Shown: piece by piece, positions 39,399-51,800 of the stretch
Layout: every line of letters starts with the position of its first letter
Numbering within the stretch: the first letter of the stretch is position 1
Assembly (NCBI GenBank): GCA_043228905.1
Contig: JBHGNT010000020.1
Location: 1,426,001-1,490,000 of the forward strand
DNA length: 64,000 bases
Direction of reading: 5' to 3'
Origin: Azolla caroliniana
Lineage: Eukaryota; Plantae; Polypodiophyta
Position numbers and translations under genes: made by a program
Notes under the pieces: model-generated
Seen by the model: only the letters and a program-made list of their open reading frames with translations
Databases searched by the model: none
Told to the model about the DNA's origin: nothing

Positions 39399-40253
39399 TG
39401 TCGAGATGTTTCGAAAGTGCGTGTGGAAACAAGGCGGGACCGCGGGGGTCTCGAACCAAAGAGCAAGCAAGGGAGGGGAAAGAGAGAGAACCGGCTACGC
39501 AGGACCGGGGATACACAGGGATACGGCCCTTCAGCACGGAGAACGCGAACAGACACTGACACAGACAGATGCGAATGACTAAATATGTATATTAACAAAA
39601 ATGGCTAGCACGACTACAACCCTCGATGGGGGCACAAGTTGGTTACAGCCGAACAGGCCGGCGAACAGATGCCGATGCCTGTTCGCTTCGACGCACAAAG
39701 GGCAGCAGGTCGGAGGTGCTGCCGGAAGCACTCGGGCTTTCCTCGAAACAACGCGAGCCTCCTTGGAACCCTGCACAGAAAGCTATGGAGCTCAAGAAGG
39801 AAGGAAACAGAGAGAGAAGCGTCCAGAAACAGTCCGACAGCACTTCGTCCTCTCTGCGCGAGATCCTTGCAACAGCTCTTTCCTGCTCCTTATATAGGCC
39901 GACGAGCAGGCCGTCCTGTCAGCTTTATTCCCTATCCCTTTTGGACAGGGATCCGCTTCGTTCTTCACGCATCCGCGTAGTTACACCGCCGACTCGTACA
40001 GTTCGCGCGCGCGACCGAAAGGACTGTTCGCGCGGTCTTTGTCTCCGCTCGTGTTAGGGCCCGTTCCTGCCGATTATCCTCCTAATTCGCTCCTATGTAC
40101 AACTTGGAGCGTGCGCGCGTGAGGAACCGGTTCCCACGCCTCGGTGCGCCGATTCCGCTTACGGACGGTTTTCTTCACGACATCCGCCCCCACCTAACCG
40201 CGCATCCTCCGGTATGCGCCAAGAGAGTTGGGACGGAGAAAACCGGCCCGTCT

Positions 40254-43200
40254 TCATTCCTCGCCCGTCGGTTCTTCCTCGTTTTCGGATCGTTCGTCAC
40301 TGCTGACTAGGAGAGCCGGATCTGGCTCGTCGTCGTGTCGCTTCTTGAACGCTTTGATCCGCTTCCCTGCAACCGGTACCGCCATTCTCGTGCCGTCGAG
40401 TTCCGCCAGGTGATATGTTCCGTTGTCATTGGCGCTCCGTACCACGTAAGGCCCGAACCACCTTCGTGCGATCTTCCGTGTAGCTCGGTGCTGGTTGTTG
40501 AGGCTGCTGTCGTAGACGAGCACCCAGTCACCCTCTTCGATTTTCTTCGGTCGGAGCCGGTGCGTTCGGTCGAACCTGGCTTTGTTCTTTGTCCTCGCCA
40601 CCCGGAGCTTCTCCGCAGCCAGTTCCACGTCCTCCGGTCTCCGCTCGAGCTGTCGTATACGCGCGGCCAACAACTCCTCCCGGCTCATCTCGTCCCTCCA
40701 GTCGACCGTTGCCCACGAGGAGATCGTCCGCTCCATCGGCATGATCGGCTTCTGGCCGAACATGAGCTCCGTCGGCATGTACCCGGTTACCGAACTGTGC
40801 GTGGTTCGGTCTGCCCACAAAGCATAAGGTAGCAGTCGCGGCCAGTTACCGACTCGGCCTCCGCATGCCCGAACCAGCGCCTTGACGATCGGTCCGTGTC
40901 CGCGCTCCACCTTGCCATTCGCCTCCGGATTGTACGCAGTGGTGAGCGAGAGCTTGACTCCCAGCCGGTCGAACAGCTCCGCGGCTTCTTCGGCGTCCAA
41001 CTCCCCTCGGTCAGCCACGATCTTCCCGACGCACCCGTACCGGCATATCACGTCCTCGATTAGGAACCGACATACGGCCGTGGTCGTTTTGTTCGGAAGG
41101 GCCCGGCCTTCCACCTGGTTCGTCAGATCCTCCCGCCCTAGGACCAGGTACCGCATCTGTCCTACCCCCATTGGCATCGTCACCAGATCTACCATCCATT
41201 TGAAGTGGATGGTCGGAGGGTACGTAGGGTGAAGCTCGTCTCGATGTCGGACTATGGAGTGCATCTGACAGCTCTCGCAAGTTGTCACGAATCGATGCAC
41301 GTCCTGGTACTGCCCCGACCACCAATACTTCCCCTTCAGTTTCTCAAACGTGGCCCATGTTCCACAGTGCCCAGCCCAAGGGCTGTCGTGGTAGGCCGCT
41401 AGCAGCTCCTCCCGATCTTTCTTCATTGCCACCACCCGGAGTGGGACGCCGTTCCTCTTCTTCGGGTGCTTCCACAAGTATCCATCCCGGAGAAAGAACC
41501 GGTACGCTTTCTTCCGGATCCGGTTGGCCTCGTCCTTCGTCCATGACGCATCGGGCGTCATTGTCTTCAAAAACCCACCGATCTGCAGCCACTCCCTGTC
41601 GTACTTGCTCGCGTCGAAGTCGTTAAGCGCCGGAGTGCTTGTTCCGTCCGTTGTTACATACGCAGCCTCGAAGAAGTCCACGCCGACCTCTTCGTCCTCC
41701 GAAACCATGCCGCCCTCGTCATCGAATCTCGCCCTTGAAAGCATGTCGGCCATGGCGTTGTCTTTCCCGGAAATGTGTCGTATTTCCGGGTCCAGGGACT
41801 TGATGTACGCTATCCACTTGAGCATTGCCAGGTCCGGCGTCGCGCATCCAGAAACCATGCCGAGAATCGGCATGCAATCCGTCTCTATGATTACCTCTGT
41901 CCCGATCAGATAGTCCTTGTCGGCCTTCACCGCCGAAACGATACCCCAGAGTTCGCGTTTAACCTGGGCGTATCCTCGCTGCCGCTCACTGAGGACCTTT
42001 GCGCCGAATCGGATCGGAAACCGATTGCCGTCCTCGTCTTCTTGGTTGACGACCCACCCGATTCCGGTCGGACTCGTGTCAACCGTTATGTACACTGGGG
42101 TGCCCTTCCTGTAGACGGCCTTTCGGAGCGCCGGTGCTGCCGAAAGAGCCTCCTTCAGCTTCCGGACCGACTCCGTGTGCTTGTCTAGCCATTCGAATCT
42201 TCGCCCTTTCTTCAATAATCCGTACAACGGCTCCGCGACGTGCGCGTAATGCGGGATCCATATGTGGTAGAAGGCGCATGCTCCCAAGAATCTTCGTACT
42301 TCCGTGACCGAGCTGCAATCAGGCTTCATCGCGGAGATGGCTTCTACCTTTGCCGGAGACGGTTTCCGGCCATATGGTCCACATAAATGTCCGACCACCA
42401 TGATTTCCGACTGCCCGAAGGCTGACTTCTCCCCCGAGAAGGTGAGCCTCGCATCCTCTAGCCTTTGCAGCACCTTCTCGCAGTCGTCGATGTGCGTCAT
42501 CACGAATCGCCGACATCCGTCCGGCCCGATCGTCTCGTCCTTCTCTTCTACCGGGCATCCCTTGATCGGGATGTTGTCTAGAAACGGCATGGTGATGTCC
42601 GGGATGCAGTCCCTCAGCACCTTGTTCATTGCATTCACCATGTGGGCCACCGAGTTGGTCCCTCCTTGCGGCAGCGTACACATCCGCACTAGGCCGAGGG
42701 GAGTTCGCATCGTCGTAATGTCTCTGCTCTCCACGGCGAGCTGGAACTGGTCGTACCCTGAGTATAGATCACCGACCGAGTAAATCGACCTTCCGGCGAA
42801 GGCCTCCGCGAACTCGTCTATGGTCGGTCCGATCCCTGCGTTCCGAATGGTCACTCTGTTGACCGGCTGCAGGTCCTGAATGAAGCGCAACGATCCGTTT
42901 TTCTTTGGTACGGTAAACCATCGGTTTGAATATGGGGCGCTCGACGGCTCGAGAATGCCCATATCAACTTTCTGCTTCAACAGCTCCATCAACTTCGGGA
43001 TGTGAGCTCTCGGAACCGGAATTGGCTTGAGATTCCACGGTACATGCGGTACCGTGAATATCACCATTGGCTCTACGATCGTCGGGTCTACGCACCCGAT
43101 TTCCTCCGGTGAGAATGCGAAGGCTTTCCCGTGCCTCCCGAGCATTCTCCGAAACCGGTCTTCCTCCACCGGCAGTAGGAACCCGCCCCCACCGATCTTC

Positions 43201-43742
43201 AGCTCGCGGAGCGTCTCGTTGGTGAAGGTGTGTCCTATGCAGGCCGGATCTCGTAAGCTGGGGTCCGATGCAACCCCTTTGATTCGGGATTCGCTGCCCT
43301 CCGGTAAGGGCGCCGCGACTGGCCTCACCTTCCGGTCCACAGTCTTGTACTTGGTGCTAACTCGGGCCGTCCGTTCCGACTCGAGCCCTCGACCGAAGTC
43401 CGCGATAACTTCGTACATTTCTTCGGAACATACCGGTATCGTCCGGTCTTCGTTAAGGTCTTCTTCGACTACCTTCCCCAGCATTCCCAAGGTGTCGTCG
43501 AAGGAGACCGCCTCCACGGCTCCGTCGATTTCTTCGTCAGGGCCGAGAACTCCGCACGCCCGAAGTCTCCCCTCCGTCTTTGTTTTCTCTCGGCCGGCGA
43601 TGCCGACCATCGTACATGCTCCGCTGTCGGAGAAGCAAAATTTCCTACCTATTGTACACGGTTTTATCGTACAGATGTGGGGTTTTCCCGGAGCATCCGG
43701 ACTGTCGCGGCCCCACGCCTTGGCAGTCCTCTCTAAAAATCC
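40254..43742 (-). CDS. RT-RNH-INT in the -1 frame relative to gag-PR; catalytic motif mutated to FLDN
   Basis: The frame is open from the slippery site at 43742 through the MVGIAG of ORF 40254-43610. Motifs LPQGGTNSV, PFLDNIPIKG, VDTSPTGIG, H..H..C..C, WMVDLV, VADRGE, NGKVERGH, RRWFGPY. Confidence 0.92.
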   Translation of the reverse strand, partial: GFLERTAKAWGRDSPDAPGKPHICTIKPCTIGRKFCFSDSGACTMVGIAGREKTKTEGRLRACGVLGPDEEIDGAVEAVSFDDTLGMLGKVVEEDLNEDRTIPVCSEEMYEVIADFGRGLESERTARVSTKYKTVDRKVRPVAAPLPEGSESRIKGVASDPSLRDPACIGHTFTNETLRELKIGGGGFLLPVEEDRFRRMLGRHGKAFAFSPEEIGCVDPTIVEPMVIFTVPHVPWNLKPIPVPRAHIPKLMELLKQKVDMGILEPSSAPYSNRWFTVPKKNGSLRFIQDLQPVNRVTIRNAGIGPTIDEFAEAFAGRSIYSVGDLYSGYDQFQLAVESRDITTMRTPLGLVRMCTLPQGGTNSVAHMVNAMNKVLRDCIPDITMPFLDNIPIKGCPVEEKDETIGPDGCRRFVMTHIDDCEKVLQRLEDARLTFSGEKSAFGQSEIMVVGHLCGPYGRKPSPAKVEAISAMKPDCSSVTEVRRFLGACAFYHIWIPHYAHVAEPLYGLLKKGRRFEWLDKHTESVRKLKEALSAAPALRKAVYRKGTPVYITVDTSPTGIGWVVNQEDEDGNRFPIRFGAKVLSERQRGYAQVKRELWGIVSAVKADKDYLIGTEVIIETDCMPILGMVSGCATPDLAMLKWIAYIKSLDPEIRHISGKDNAMADMLSRARFDDEGGMVSEDEEVGVDFFEAAYVTTDGTSTPALNDFDASKYDREWLQIGGFLKTMTPDASWTKDEANRIRKKAYRFFLRDGYLWKHPKKRNGVPLRVVAMKKDREELLAAYHDSPWAGHCGTWATFEKLKGKYWWSGQYQDVHRFVTTCESCQMHSIVRHRDELHPTYPPTIHFKWMVDLVTMPMGVGQMRYLVLGREDLTNQVEGRALPNKTTTAVCRFLIEDVICRYGCVGKIVADRGELDAEEAAELFDRLGVKLSLTTAYNPEANGKVERGHGPIVKALVRACGGRVGNWPRLLPYALWADRTTHSSVTGYMPTELMFGQKPIMPMERTISSWATVDWRDEMSREELLAARIRQLERRPEDVELAAEKLRVARTKNKARFDRTHRLRPKKIEEGDWVLVYDSSLNNQHRATRKIARRWFGPYVVRSANDNGTYHLAELDGTRMAVPVAGKRIKAFKKRHDDEPDPALLVSSDERSENEEEPTGEE

Positions 43743-45886
43743 TCTCGGTTTTCGGAACCGAGGGAGTCGCGGTTACGTTCGTGGTTCGGTCGTACCGTCA
43801 GAAACTGGACCGAATGGCGCCCGTCTTGGCTTTTGACCCTCGCGTAGGCCGAACCATTGTCCAGCACCTTGGTCTCCATTCGTGCCGCCGTGATGTACGG
43901 CTCTCCTAGTATGACCGGATGCGAAGACGTCTCCTGCACGAAGAAGTGCTGGTCAATCTTGACGTCGCCGATCTTGACTCGCACATTCGGACAGGCCCCG
44001 TGCAGTTCCTTGGTGGCGCGCGTAGCTGCCCTTATTTTCCACACGTGCTTGGTGTTGATCGGCCATTTGCCCTTCTTATAGAAGTCCATGGACATCAAAT
44101 TGATCTCCGATCTGTGGTCCACCAAAGCTATCACCGGTTCCTGGACATCGCCGATCTTCACCGGGGTTTCCGTGGTCGCTCGGGCCCAGTGTGGTCTCGA
44201 ATAGTGGCTTTCCGCCCACTCGTCTCCCAGCGCCATGTCGTCTAGGTGCGTCGTCCGCACTTCCACCGGTCTTTCCGGTTCTGTCTCCGTTGACAGCCTC
44301 TTCCGTTTCACCAAGTCCACGATGGAGTCGTGGAACTCCTTCTTGGCGATTCCTAGCACCTCTCGTAACGACAGCTCCACCTTGCTGTCGAGGATCCGTT
44401 CCTCCAGGACCTTTCGTAAGTCCGTGGTCCTTTCTATCTCCGTCCCCAGACGGTACCCGCCCTTCTGGGGTTTATCTTGCGTACCGGCCCCGCCGGCTTC
44501 GTCCCGTCGTGGCCTGGACCGGGTCTCGTATCGTTGTGAGGGCCCGGTCGTCCCGGGTTTCCCCACCCGCTTCTCTTCTACCAGAGCCTCGTAGTTCTAG
44601 CAAGCGGCTTCCACGAAGCCCGTCTTTTCCTCGACCGGGTCGCTCCACCCGGTCATCTCCCGCACCCGTTTCTCCGCACGGTCCGATTCCTCCCTTTTAA
44701 GCCTTGCACCGGCAAGGCCTTCCAGCATCGTCGGCCAGAATCCGGCTTTGCTTTCCCTTCGGGCCTCGCCGCCCCCGACTCGAATGCCGGCCGACGCCGA
44801 GTAGTGAACGGTTTCCGCGTGTCGGGCCGCCGCCTCTTCCATCAACCTTTTCATACCACCTCGCCCGTCGTTTCGGCTCAGGGCCCTTCGGGTGTCGTTG
44901 GCATGCACCCGTCCTTCCCACAGGTACACCACCCTGTTCCTCAGCGCCTCCGCGAAGTCGCCGCAGTCCTTCCGAATGTGGCCGACTTCATCGCACCACA
45001 TGCACCTGTTTCCTGCCGCCGGCCGTCGGTCACGAGCCGGTTCGCCACCTTCCCTTCGGGCTTGCGCGATTTGGAGGTCCTTTATCGCCCTCGTCAATTC
45101 CTCCAGCGCCGCTCCTCCGGTTGAGCCTCTGACTACGCCGGTCGAAGCCGAACCGGTTTCCAACCACTCTCGGGTCTCTTCCTTTCGCACCTGCGGCGCT
45201 GGTTCGAGCTTCCCTGCTGCGACCGAGCCCGACCCGGTTGCCCCGTTATCCGCCCATTCTCGCCGTTTGTCGAAACGGCCGCAAACTTTCTTGACAGCCG
45301 CCCAGTCGGTAGTGAGCCCGTCTTCGGTTTCCAGTAAGAGGCCCACTTGCTCCCGATCCCGCTCGTCGACCGACTTGACAAACAGCAAGACCCGGCTCGT
45401 GTCCAGGATGGTTCGGTCGAGCGCCGAAAGGCGCGCAAAGTTTTCCTCGAACTCCCGGAGGAGTGCCGACGCGTTTCTTCCCTTCCCCGGGGACTCCACC
45501 CATTCCATGAACCTTCGCTTCGAAAGCCGGAGCGCGTCGTCCAGCCCGTATTTCTCTAGGAGCCGACCTTCGAACTCCTCCCAGGTACGGCTCTCCGCCC
45601 GCACCTCGAGCACCTCCGCATGGATGCTCGGCATCGCCACTCGGGGAAATCCGGCAAGACGCCTTTCTTCCGGAATGTCCCGCATCAGCATCTCTGCACC
45701 GTAGGACGCCAAATACTTCGTGGCATCCTTCCCATCGAACCGGCCGATCGTGCCGACGACCGCCTCAATAGCTCTATCGAGGACACCGGTGCCCTCGCGC
45801 GCGTTTACAATCCGATCCACGGCCGAAGCCATGGCCTCTGCAAGATCCGACCCCCTCATCTTCTGCTCTTCTGCCGCCTCTTTCAT
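43733..45886 (-). CDS. Gag-protease of the tRNA-Trp Gypsy (one in-frame TAG at 44597)
   Basis: ATG at 45886 within the PBS; knuckle CMWCDEVGHIRKDC; PR ALVDHRSEIN (G>R relative to DxG); both ORF pieces are in the same frame. Confidence 0.88.
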
Positions 45887-48800
45887 GTCGGGTTCACCAA
45901 AGATGTCGAGATGTTTCGAAAGTGCGTGTGGAAACAAGGCGGGACCGCGGGGGTCTCGAACCAAAGAGCAAGCAAGGGAGGGGAAAGAGAGAGAACCGGC
46001 TACGCAGGACCGGGGATACACAGGGACACGGCCCTTCAGCACGGAGAACGCGAACAGACACCGACACAGACAGATGCGAATGACTAAATATGTATATTAA
46101 CAAAAATGGCTAGCACGACTACAACCCTCGATGGGGGCACAAGTTGGTTACAGCCGAACAGGCCGGCGAACAGATGTCGATGCCTGTTCGCTTCGACGCA
46201 TAAAGGGCAGCAGGTCGGAGGTGCTGCCGGAAGCACTCGGGCTTTCCTCGAAACAGCGCGAGCCTCCTTGGAACCCTGCACAGAAAGCTATGGAGCTCAA
46301 GAAGGAAGGAAACAGAGAGAGAAGCGTCCAGAAACAGTCCGACAGCACTTCGTCCTCTCTGCGCGAGATCCCTGCAACAACTCTTTCCTGCTCCTTATAT
46401 AGGCTGACGAGCAGGCCGTCCTGTCAGCTTTATTCCCTGTCCCTTTTGGACAGGGATCCGCTTCGTTCTTCACGCATCCGCGTAGTTACGCCGCCGACTC
46501 GTACAGTTCGCGCGCGCGACCGAAAGGACTGTTCGCGCGGTCTTTGTCTCCGCTTGTGTTAGGGCCCGTTCCTGCCGATTATCCTCCTAATTCGCTCCTA
46601 TGTACAACTTGGAGCGTGCGCGCGTGAGGAACCGGTTCCCACGCCTCGGTGCGCCGATTCCGCTTACGGACGGTTTTCTTCACGACAGCGTATTTGGGAT
46701 TCATCCGGTACCGTCTTTGTGCCACTGGTTTTGCGTCCTTGCTCAAGTGCACTTGATGCTGGTATAACTGAGGGTCGAGTCCTCGCATGTCTTCGTATGA
46801 CCAGGCGAATACGTCGTGAAATTCCGTGAGAAGTGTTATCATCGCCGTTTTGTCTCCGGACTTCTTCTCCTTGGCGATGTGCACCGGTTTTGCTTCGTCC
46901 GTGGTGCCTAAATTCACCTCTTCCAGTTGCGATGCTTTTACGCGCTGTGAAACAGCCATTTCCCGTTCCAACGCTTCCTGCGCTTGCCGTAACTCCCGGA
47001 TTGCGTCTTTATCCGGTTCTGCTTCCGCCTCTTCCGGTTTGGGTAAGTATGGTGCTACGGCTTCGACAATGTCAATTTCGAAGAGGGGTATGATCTTCGG
47101 GTTTTCCTATAGGTATTCAGCTTCTTCTTCGTCCGCTAACCCTTCTAGCATGTTGACGCATTCCGCATACAACGGTGTACATTCCTTGCCAGTGCTCGTC
47201 CTTGGCTGTGTTGGTACCCGTACCTTGGCTTTTCCTCGCCGGAAGGTAATTATATTTTTCCGCCAATTCTGTTTGATATGTGCCGTTTTCAACCATGGCC
47301 GCCCCAGCAATAGCGGGTATGTGCCTTGTGCCTGTAATTGTAGCACTACGGCCGAGATGTGAAATGTATGACCGCCGACGGTGACTTCTAATTTCCGTAT
47401 TAATCCTGTCGGCCGCACTGAGCTTGTATCGGCCATCCGCAACTAGAACGGACACGACTCCCACTCGTGGATTCCTAGGTCATCACACGTCCGGAGGCTT
47501 ATTACATTTACCCCAGAGCCTCCGTCTATAACTGTGCCGGGGAGTTCTTTCCCTTTTACAATGGCAGTGATTACCGGACTGCTGGTGTCTACCACTGTTG
47601 GTCCCTCCTCCGGATTCGAGAAGAGTACCGGTGCCCATGATGGTTCTCCTGCCGTCATGGCCGTCTTCAGTCCTTCCGTGAATCTTGGCACGAGTTGTAG
47701 GAGTCTTCCTAGTGGTAACGTAATCTGGCATTCTTGCAACGCCTGCCATGTCTCGTTCTCGGAGTGACTACCGCCGGCAAGCCCTGCGGTGTTCTCCTTT
47801 TGCTGCTGTAAGTCTGTGACATTCTGCTCGTTTGCTTTCTTTACCCATTCCGTTGCTTGTTTCCAGATGGTCTCCTGTGTCTCCCATTCTTTGGCCATGC
47901 CCTTCGACCTTGTGGTCACCTGCTGCAGGTCTGCCACCTCAAGGACTACCATATTTACCGCCGATCGTTTTTCATAGCTCTTCACCGGGCATTGGTTACT
48001 ATAATGGCCTTCCTGTCGGCAGTAGTAGCAGTAGGCTTTCCGGGTATTGCTAGATTCGGCATTGTCTGTTGTACCCGGGGCAGGTGCTACGGTACGCGCG
48101 GGGTTTTGTACCGGTTGGCTACTTGGAGCTCCTTGTTCCAGATCCCGGGGGTAGCCGCCTTTTTTAAAATGCCGTTTTTTGTTATAGCTCTTCTTATTAC
48201 GGTACTCTTGACGGGGTTGCCCGTTATATCTGCCGTATTCCTCCCGTTGCTGACGATACCCGGGGGAGTGCTCTCGGTCGTACTGTTCGTATCGTCTATT
48301 GTAATCCTGGTACCGATCATGCCGGTCATAGTTATCTCGCCGATCACCGTACTGGACATCATTTTCCCGTCAATCGCCATACCGGACATCATTTTCCCGT
48401 TGCTCGCCATACTGGACATCCTGTGCCGGTCGGTCACGGTCCATTCGCCGCCAACGTTTGTCTTCTTCATCCCGGCTGTTGCGTGGCTCAATTTGTCGAA
48501 CGGGCGGTGCTTGCCGATTCAACAGATTATACTCACACCTATCCGTTGTATGGCTCCTGGATTGACAAATTACACATTGCGTCCTCATAGTGCATTCTAG
48601 AGCCGAGTGTCCGGAATTCAAGCAGGTTGTGCACTGTATTGCTTGCCGAAACCGGAGGTCTTCATCGGACGGTAATGCCCGTTGAAGTGCTCCCAGTGTG
48701 AGCCAGGAGCTTGTCTTTTCCGTCTCTCTCACCCGGTCAATGACCTGGTCGATGGTACTTGTGCGGAAATCGATTACCGTGCAAACCGTGCGTAGGGGTT

Positions 48801-51800
48801 CCCGGAGCGCGTTTAGGAATATCGTCCGTAATTCCTCCTCCGGGGGTGCACGGGCAAGCTGACTATGCATCCGTTGAAACCGGATGAAAAATTGGGGAAT
48901 GCTCTCCCCTGCCTCTTGCCGGATGGTATAAAATAAGCCTACCATTACGGTCTGGTCCACCTCCTTTTGAAAAAAATGCATGAATTTAGCTTTTAAATCT
49001 GCAAAGGTGTTGATGGTAGACGGGTCCTGCGTCTGGCGCCATCTTGCTGCTAGTCCCTCCAATGTGACGCCAAATTCCGCTATCTTAGAGCGTTCTTCTT
49101 CTTCTGGGGTCAATCGTTGGGACACATGGTTGGGTTCCCATGTTTGTTCAAAGGCGTGCACATGAGCTTCCGCGTCCGGATCATCTCTATACTTGGAGTA
49201 CTGGAACGACATGACGTCGTCCGGTATCGGTGCGCGGGCTGGTAGTGTTGGTGCTCGTTCCGGAATTTTCTCCGGTGTCAGTAGTCTTTCCCGATTTGAT
49301 TCCGGGGTCGGTTGTTTCTCTTCCTTTGGTGACGGAGGCCTCTCCTCTTCGACTTCCGGTGTCGGAGGTCGTTCTTCCTCAACTGGTTCCGGGGATTCCA
49401 GCGTTAGCACTTCCGGTTTCGGTTCCGGTGTCGGTAAGGTATCCGATCCTTCGTCCTCCGGTCCGCCCATGGTTTCGTTGCTGCTACGGTAGTTCGTGTG
49501 CACGTTGTATTCCCCTTCGGAGTCCGATTCATATGCTGAAAAGGCCTCTGCTTCGCCTTCTCCGTTTGCCAATGCGTGGAGAAGGGATTTGGTTTCCCGG
49601 AGGCTGCTTAGGCTGCTGCCGTCGTCCGGGTGCGATATTTGCTGTAACCAGAGGGAGTCCTCCGCTACTCTCCGGATTACGTTGGAAAACGAGCGATCCG
49701 CTCTAATTTCCTGCGCCGCTTGCTGGAAAGCCTCGCGTCTCCTTTGCCTTTCGGCAAGGCGTCGAGTTCGATCTGTAACCAGGTCGTGCGTTGATCTAGA
49801 CATCCATCCGTGCCGTCGTTCGCTGCAAAAACAGGAATCGTGGTCGCCAAAAACTGTGTTAACTCTTCGGGCCGGACAATGGCCTAACACAGGGTGTCTA
49901 CGGGAGACACTTCACCAAAGGGTGTTAACCGGATTAGACTTCAACGCTTAATCCGACTTAATTAAGTTACTTATTAGGATTGTGTTTCATAACACGCGTA
50001 AGATATAACAATTAAGACAGAACGGCAATTAACACACAGAGATAACAACGCTTAAGCTTTCATTAATTAACCGCTAACTATTACATTGTATTCGGGCCTT
50101 TAAATAGGTTTCCAGTTTGTATTACAAAACGGTGCCATCCGCACCTGTTCGGGATCGGTCCGGATCCGGAACGGCATACCAATTCCGGTCCGTCCATCCA
50201 CACTCATAGCTTAATTACAACCACATTCCTACTACTTAATTAGCTCTCCATTTCCCACTCTAGACTCCTTTGCCGGCCGGTAACACTTGCCAGCATGGAG
50301 TTTGATTGGGCAATCTTAGGGGCGATGAGCCGGTAACTGATCAACATTCCACTTTTTGAAGATGTTGGAAAACTTGCTATATCGAACGTGTAAATTGTTG
50401 ACAGGAATGGTGACGCCCCCCAACACAATGGCCAGTGTAGCGACCAAACCGGACTCGACCGCAACGGAATCAAGAGAGTGTCGTGACCTAGTAGGAATTG
50501 GCCTTACTGGAAAAGTGATGGAGCGGTTACAGCAATCCACTATCGGATTGTGTCTCCAACCAAGATAGCCCCAACACAATCGGATGTCGGGGGGCTGCGA
50601 TGAGGTAGAATGCGAGTTCCTTCTGATGTGCGCCGACTTGAAGTACTAATGGGATAGTGGATTTGGTAACCGCCTTCGAAGAGAGAACCCGACCGTCGAT
50701 CACCTCAACGGATATGGGTTGTGATGTGCGGACGGTGGGGATATTATGTGCGCGGACAAACGATTTATCGATAAGGTAAGTAGATGCTCTAGAGTCGACC
50801 ATGGCATGAGAATGTATTGAAGTCGAACCAAAACAAAGACTTACTTGCAAAAAGAACCCTCCTAATGGCGGAACGAATTTGTAGGAACATGGAGAAAGTA
50901 AGTAACGGGAAGCGTCTAGCAGCATGGCTCCCACTGCAGCCAAACTTGGTCATTTTCCTGTTGTCGAGGAACCTCCACAAGACATGCACGATGGAACTGG
51001 TGTCGTAGGCCCCGCACTGGGAGTGGCTGATGATATGGTCGGGGTTGCCACAATAGAGACATAGTTCATTGTCCTGGCGATGTTGGCGTTGGGATTCAGT
51101 TAGTGGTTGGAACCGAGCGTGGTCGATCTCCATTGGGGTATGGAAAATGAGTATCATAGGGTGATGGTAAGGTTGGCGTGGGAGACAAGTACGGACTAGC
51201 GATTGATGTGTTTTGGGAAGAAGCATGAGACCCGCGAGCACCCTGTTCTTCTTGACGAAGTTCGAAGAGACGATTATCACACTGGACAGGTTGGGAGATT
51301 ACTTGAGACAACAATGTGGGCTCCGGGAAGTTTAAGAGAAGAGTCTTGACGTTGTTTCGGAGACCGTGATGGAAATGGTTGCATAGGGCTTGGTCATCCC
51401 AACTGACATCGCAGGCAATCTGATGGAACTCTGAGGCGTAGACCGAGGCTAGATGTGAGCCTTGTTGGAAAGAATAAAGCTTTGTGAGTGTCGTTCATCG
51501 CCGGTCTGTCTCACCAAATGTCGCTTCGAGCTCCTCGATGAAAGCGGTGAAGTTTTCTAAGAGAGGGGATAAGGTCTCGATCAAGGGTGCAAACCACGCT
51601 TGCGTCGGCCCGAAGAGAAGTGTGCTAACAAGCCCAACCCGAGAAAAGTCGCTAGCATACCGTTGGGGCTGTAACTGAATGATAAGCCGAATTTGGTTGA
51701 TGAAGTCGTGAAGATATGCCCTTGTGCCGTTGAATTTGTCCGGAGGCTGATGGTTGGTTCGAGGACATATGGATGGGAAGAGGCCATGGTCAGGCTAGGT

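Larger units (their letters stand above)
39399..46687 (-). mobile_element. Near-intact Gypsy with a tRNA-Trp PBS and 4-bp TSD; LTRs 39399-40182 and 45904-46687 (784 bp each)
   Basis: TSD GCGT (39395-39398, 46688-46691). PBS TGGTGAACCCGACATGAA (45882-45899) vs the plant tRNA-Trp 3' end TTCACGTCGGGTTCACCA. PPT AGGTGGGGGCGGA. The LTRs differ by about a dozen transitions. Confidence 0.96.
35524..50285 (-). mobile_element. Non-chromoviral (Athila/Tat-related) Gypsy with a tRNA-Arg PBS; LTRs 35524-35952 and 49857-50285 (429 bp each); integrase absent; extra 3' ORF
   Basis: TSD CTTGC (35519-35523, 50286-50290). PBS TGGCGACCAC (49840-49849) is complementary to the 3' end of plant tRNA-Arg(UCG). Single-frame gag-PR (IDGGSGVN)-RT (FLDDF)-RNH (VDASD) with premature stops. 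Confidence 0.93.

Noticed and set aside
44597-44599. Programmed gag-PR stop readthrough
   Set aside because: The context TAG AAC TAC is not a known readthrough signal, and CAG>TAG decay is common in this window. Sister copies would decide.
40300-50000. Many overlapping + strand ORFs
   Set aside because: They are antisense shadows of GC-rich retroelement coding sequence with no domains.
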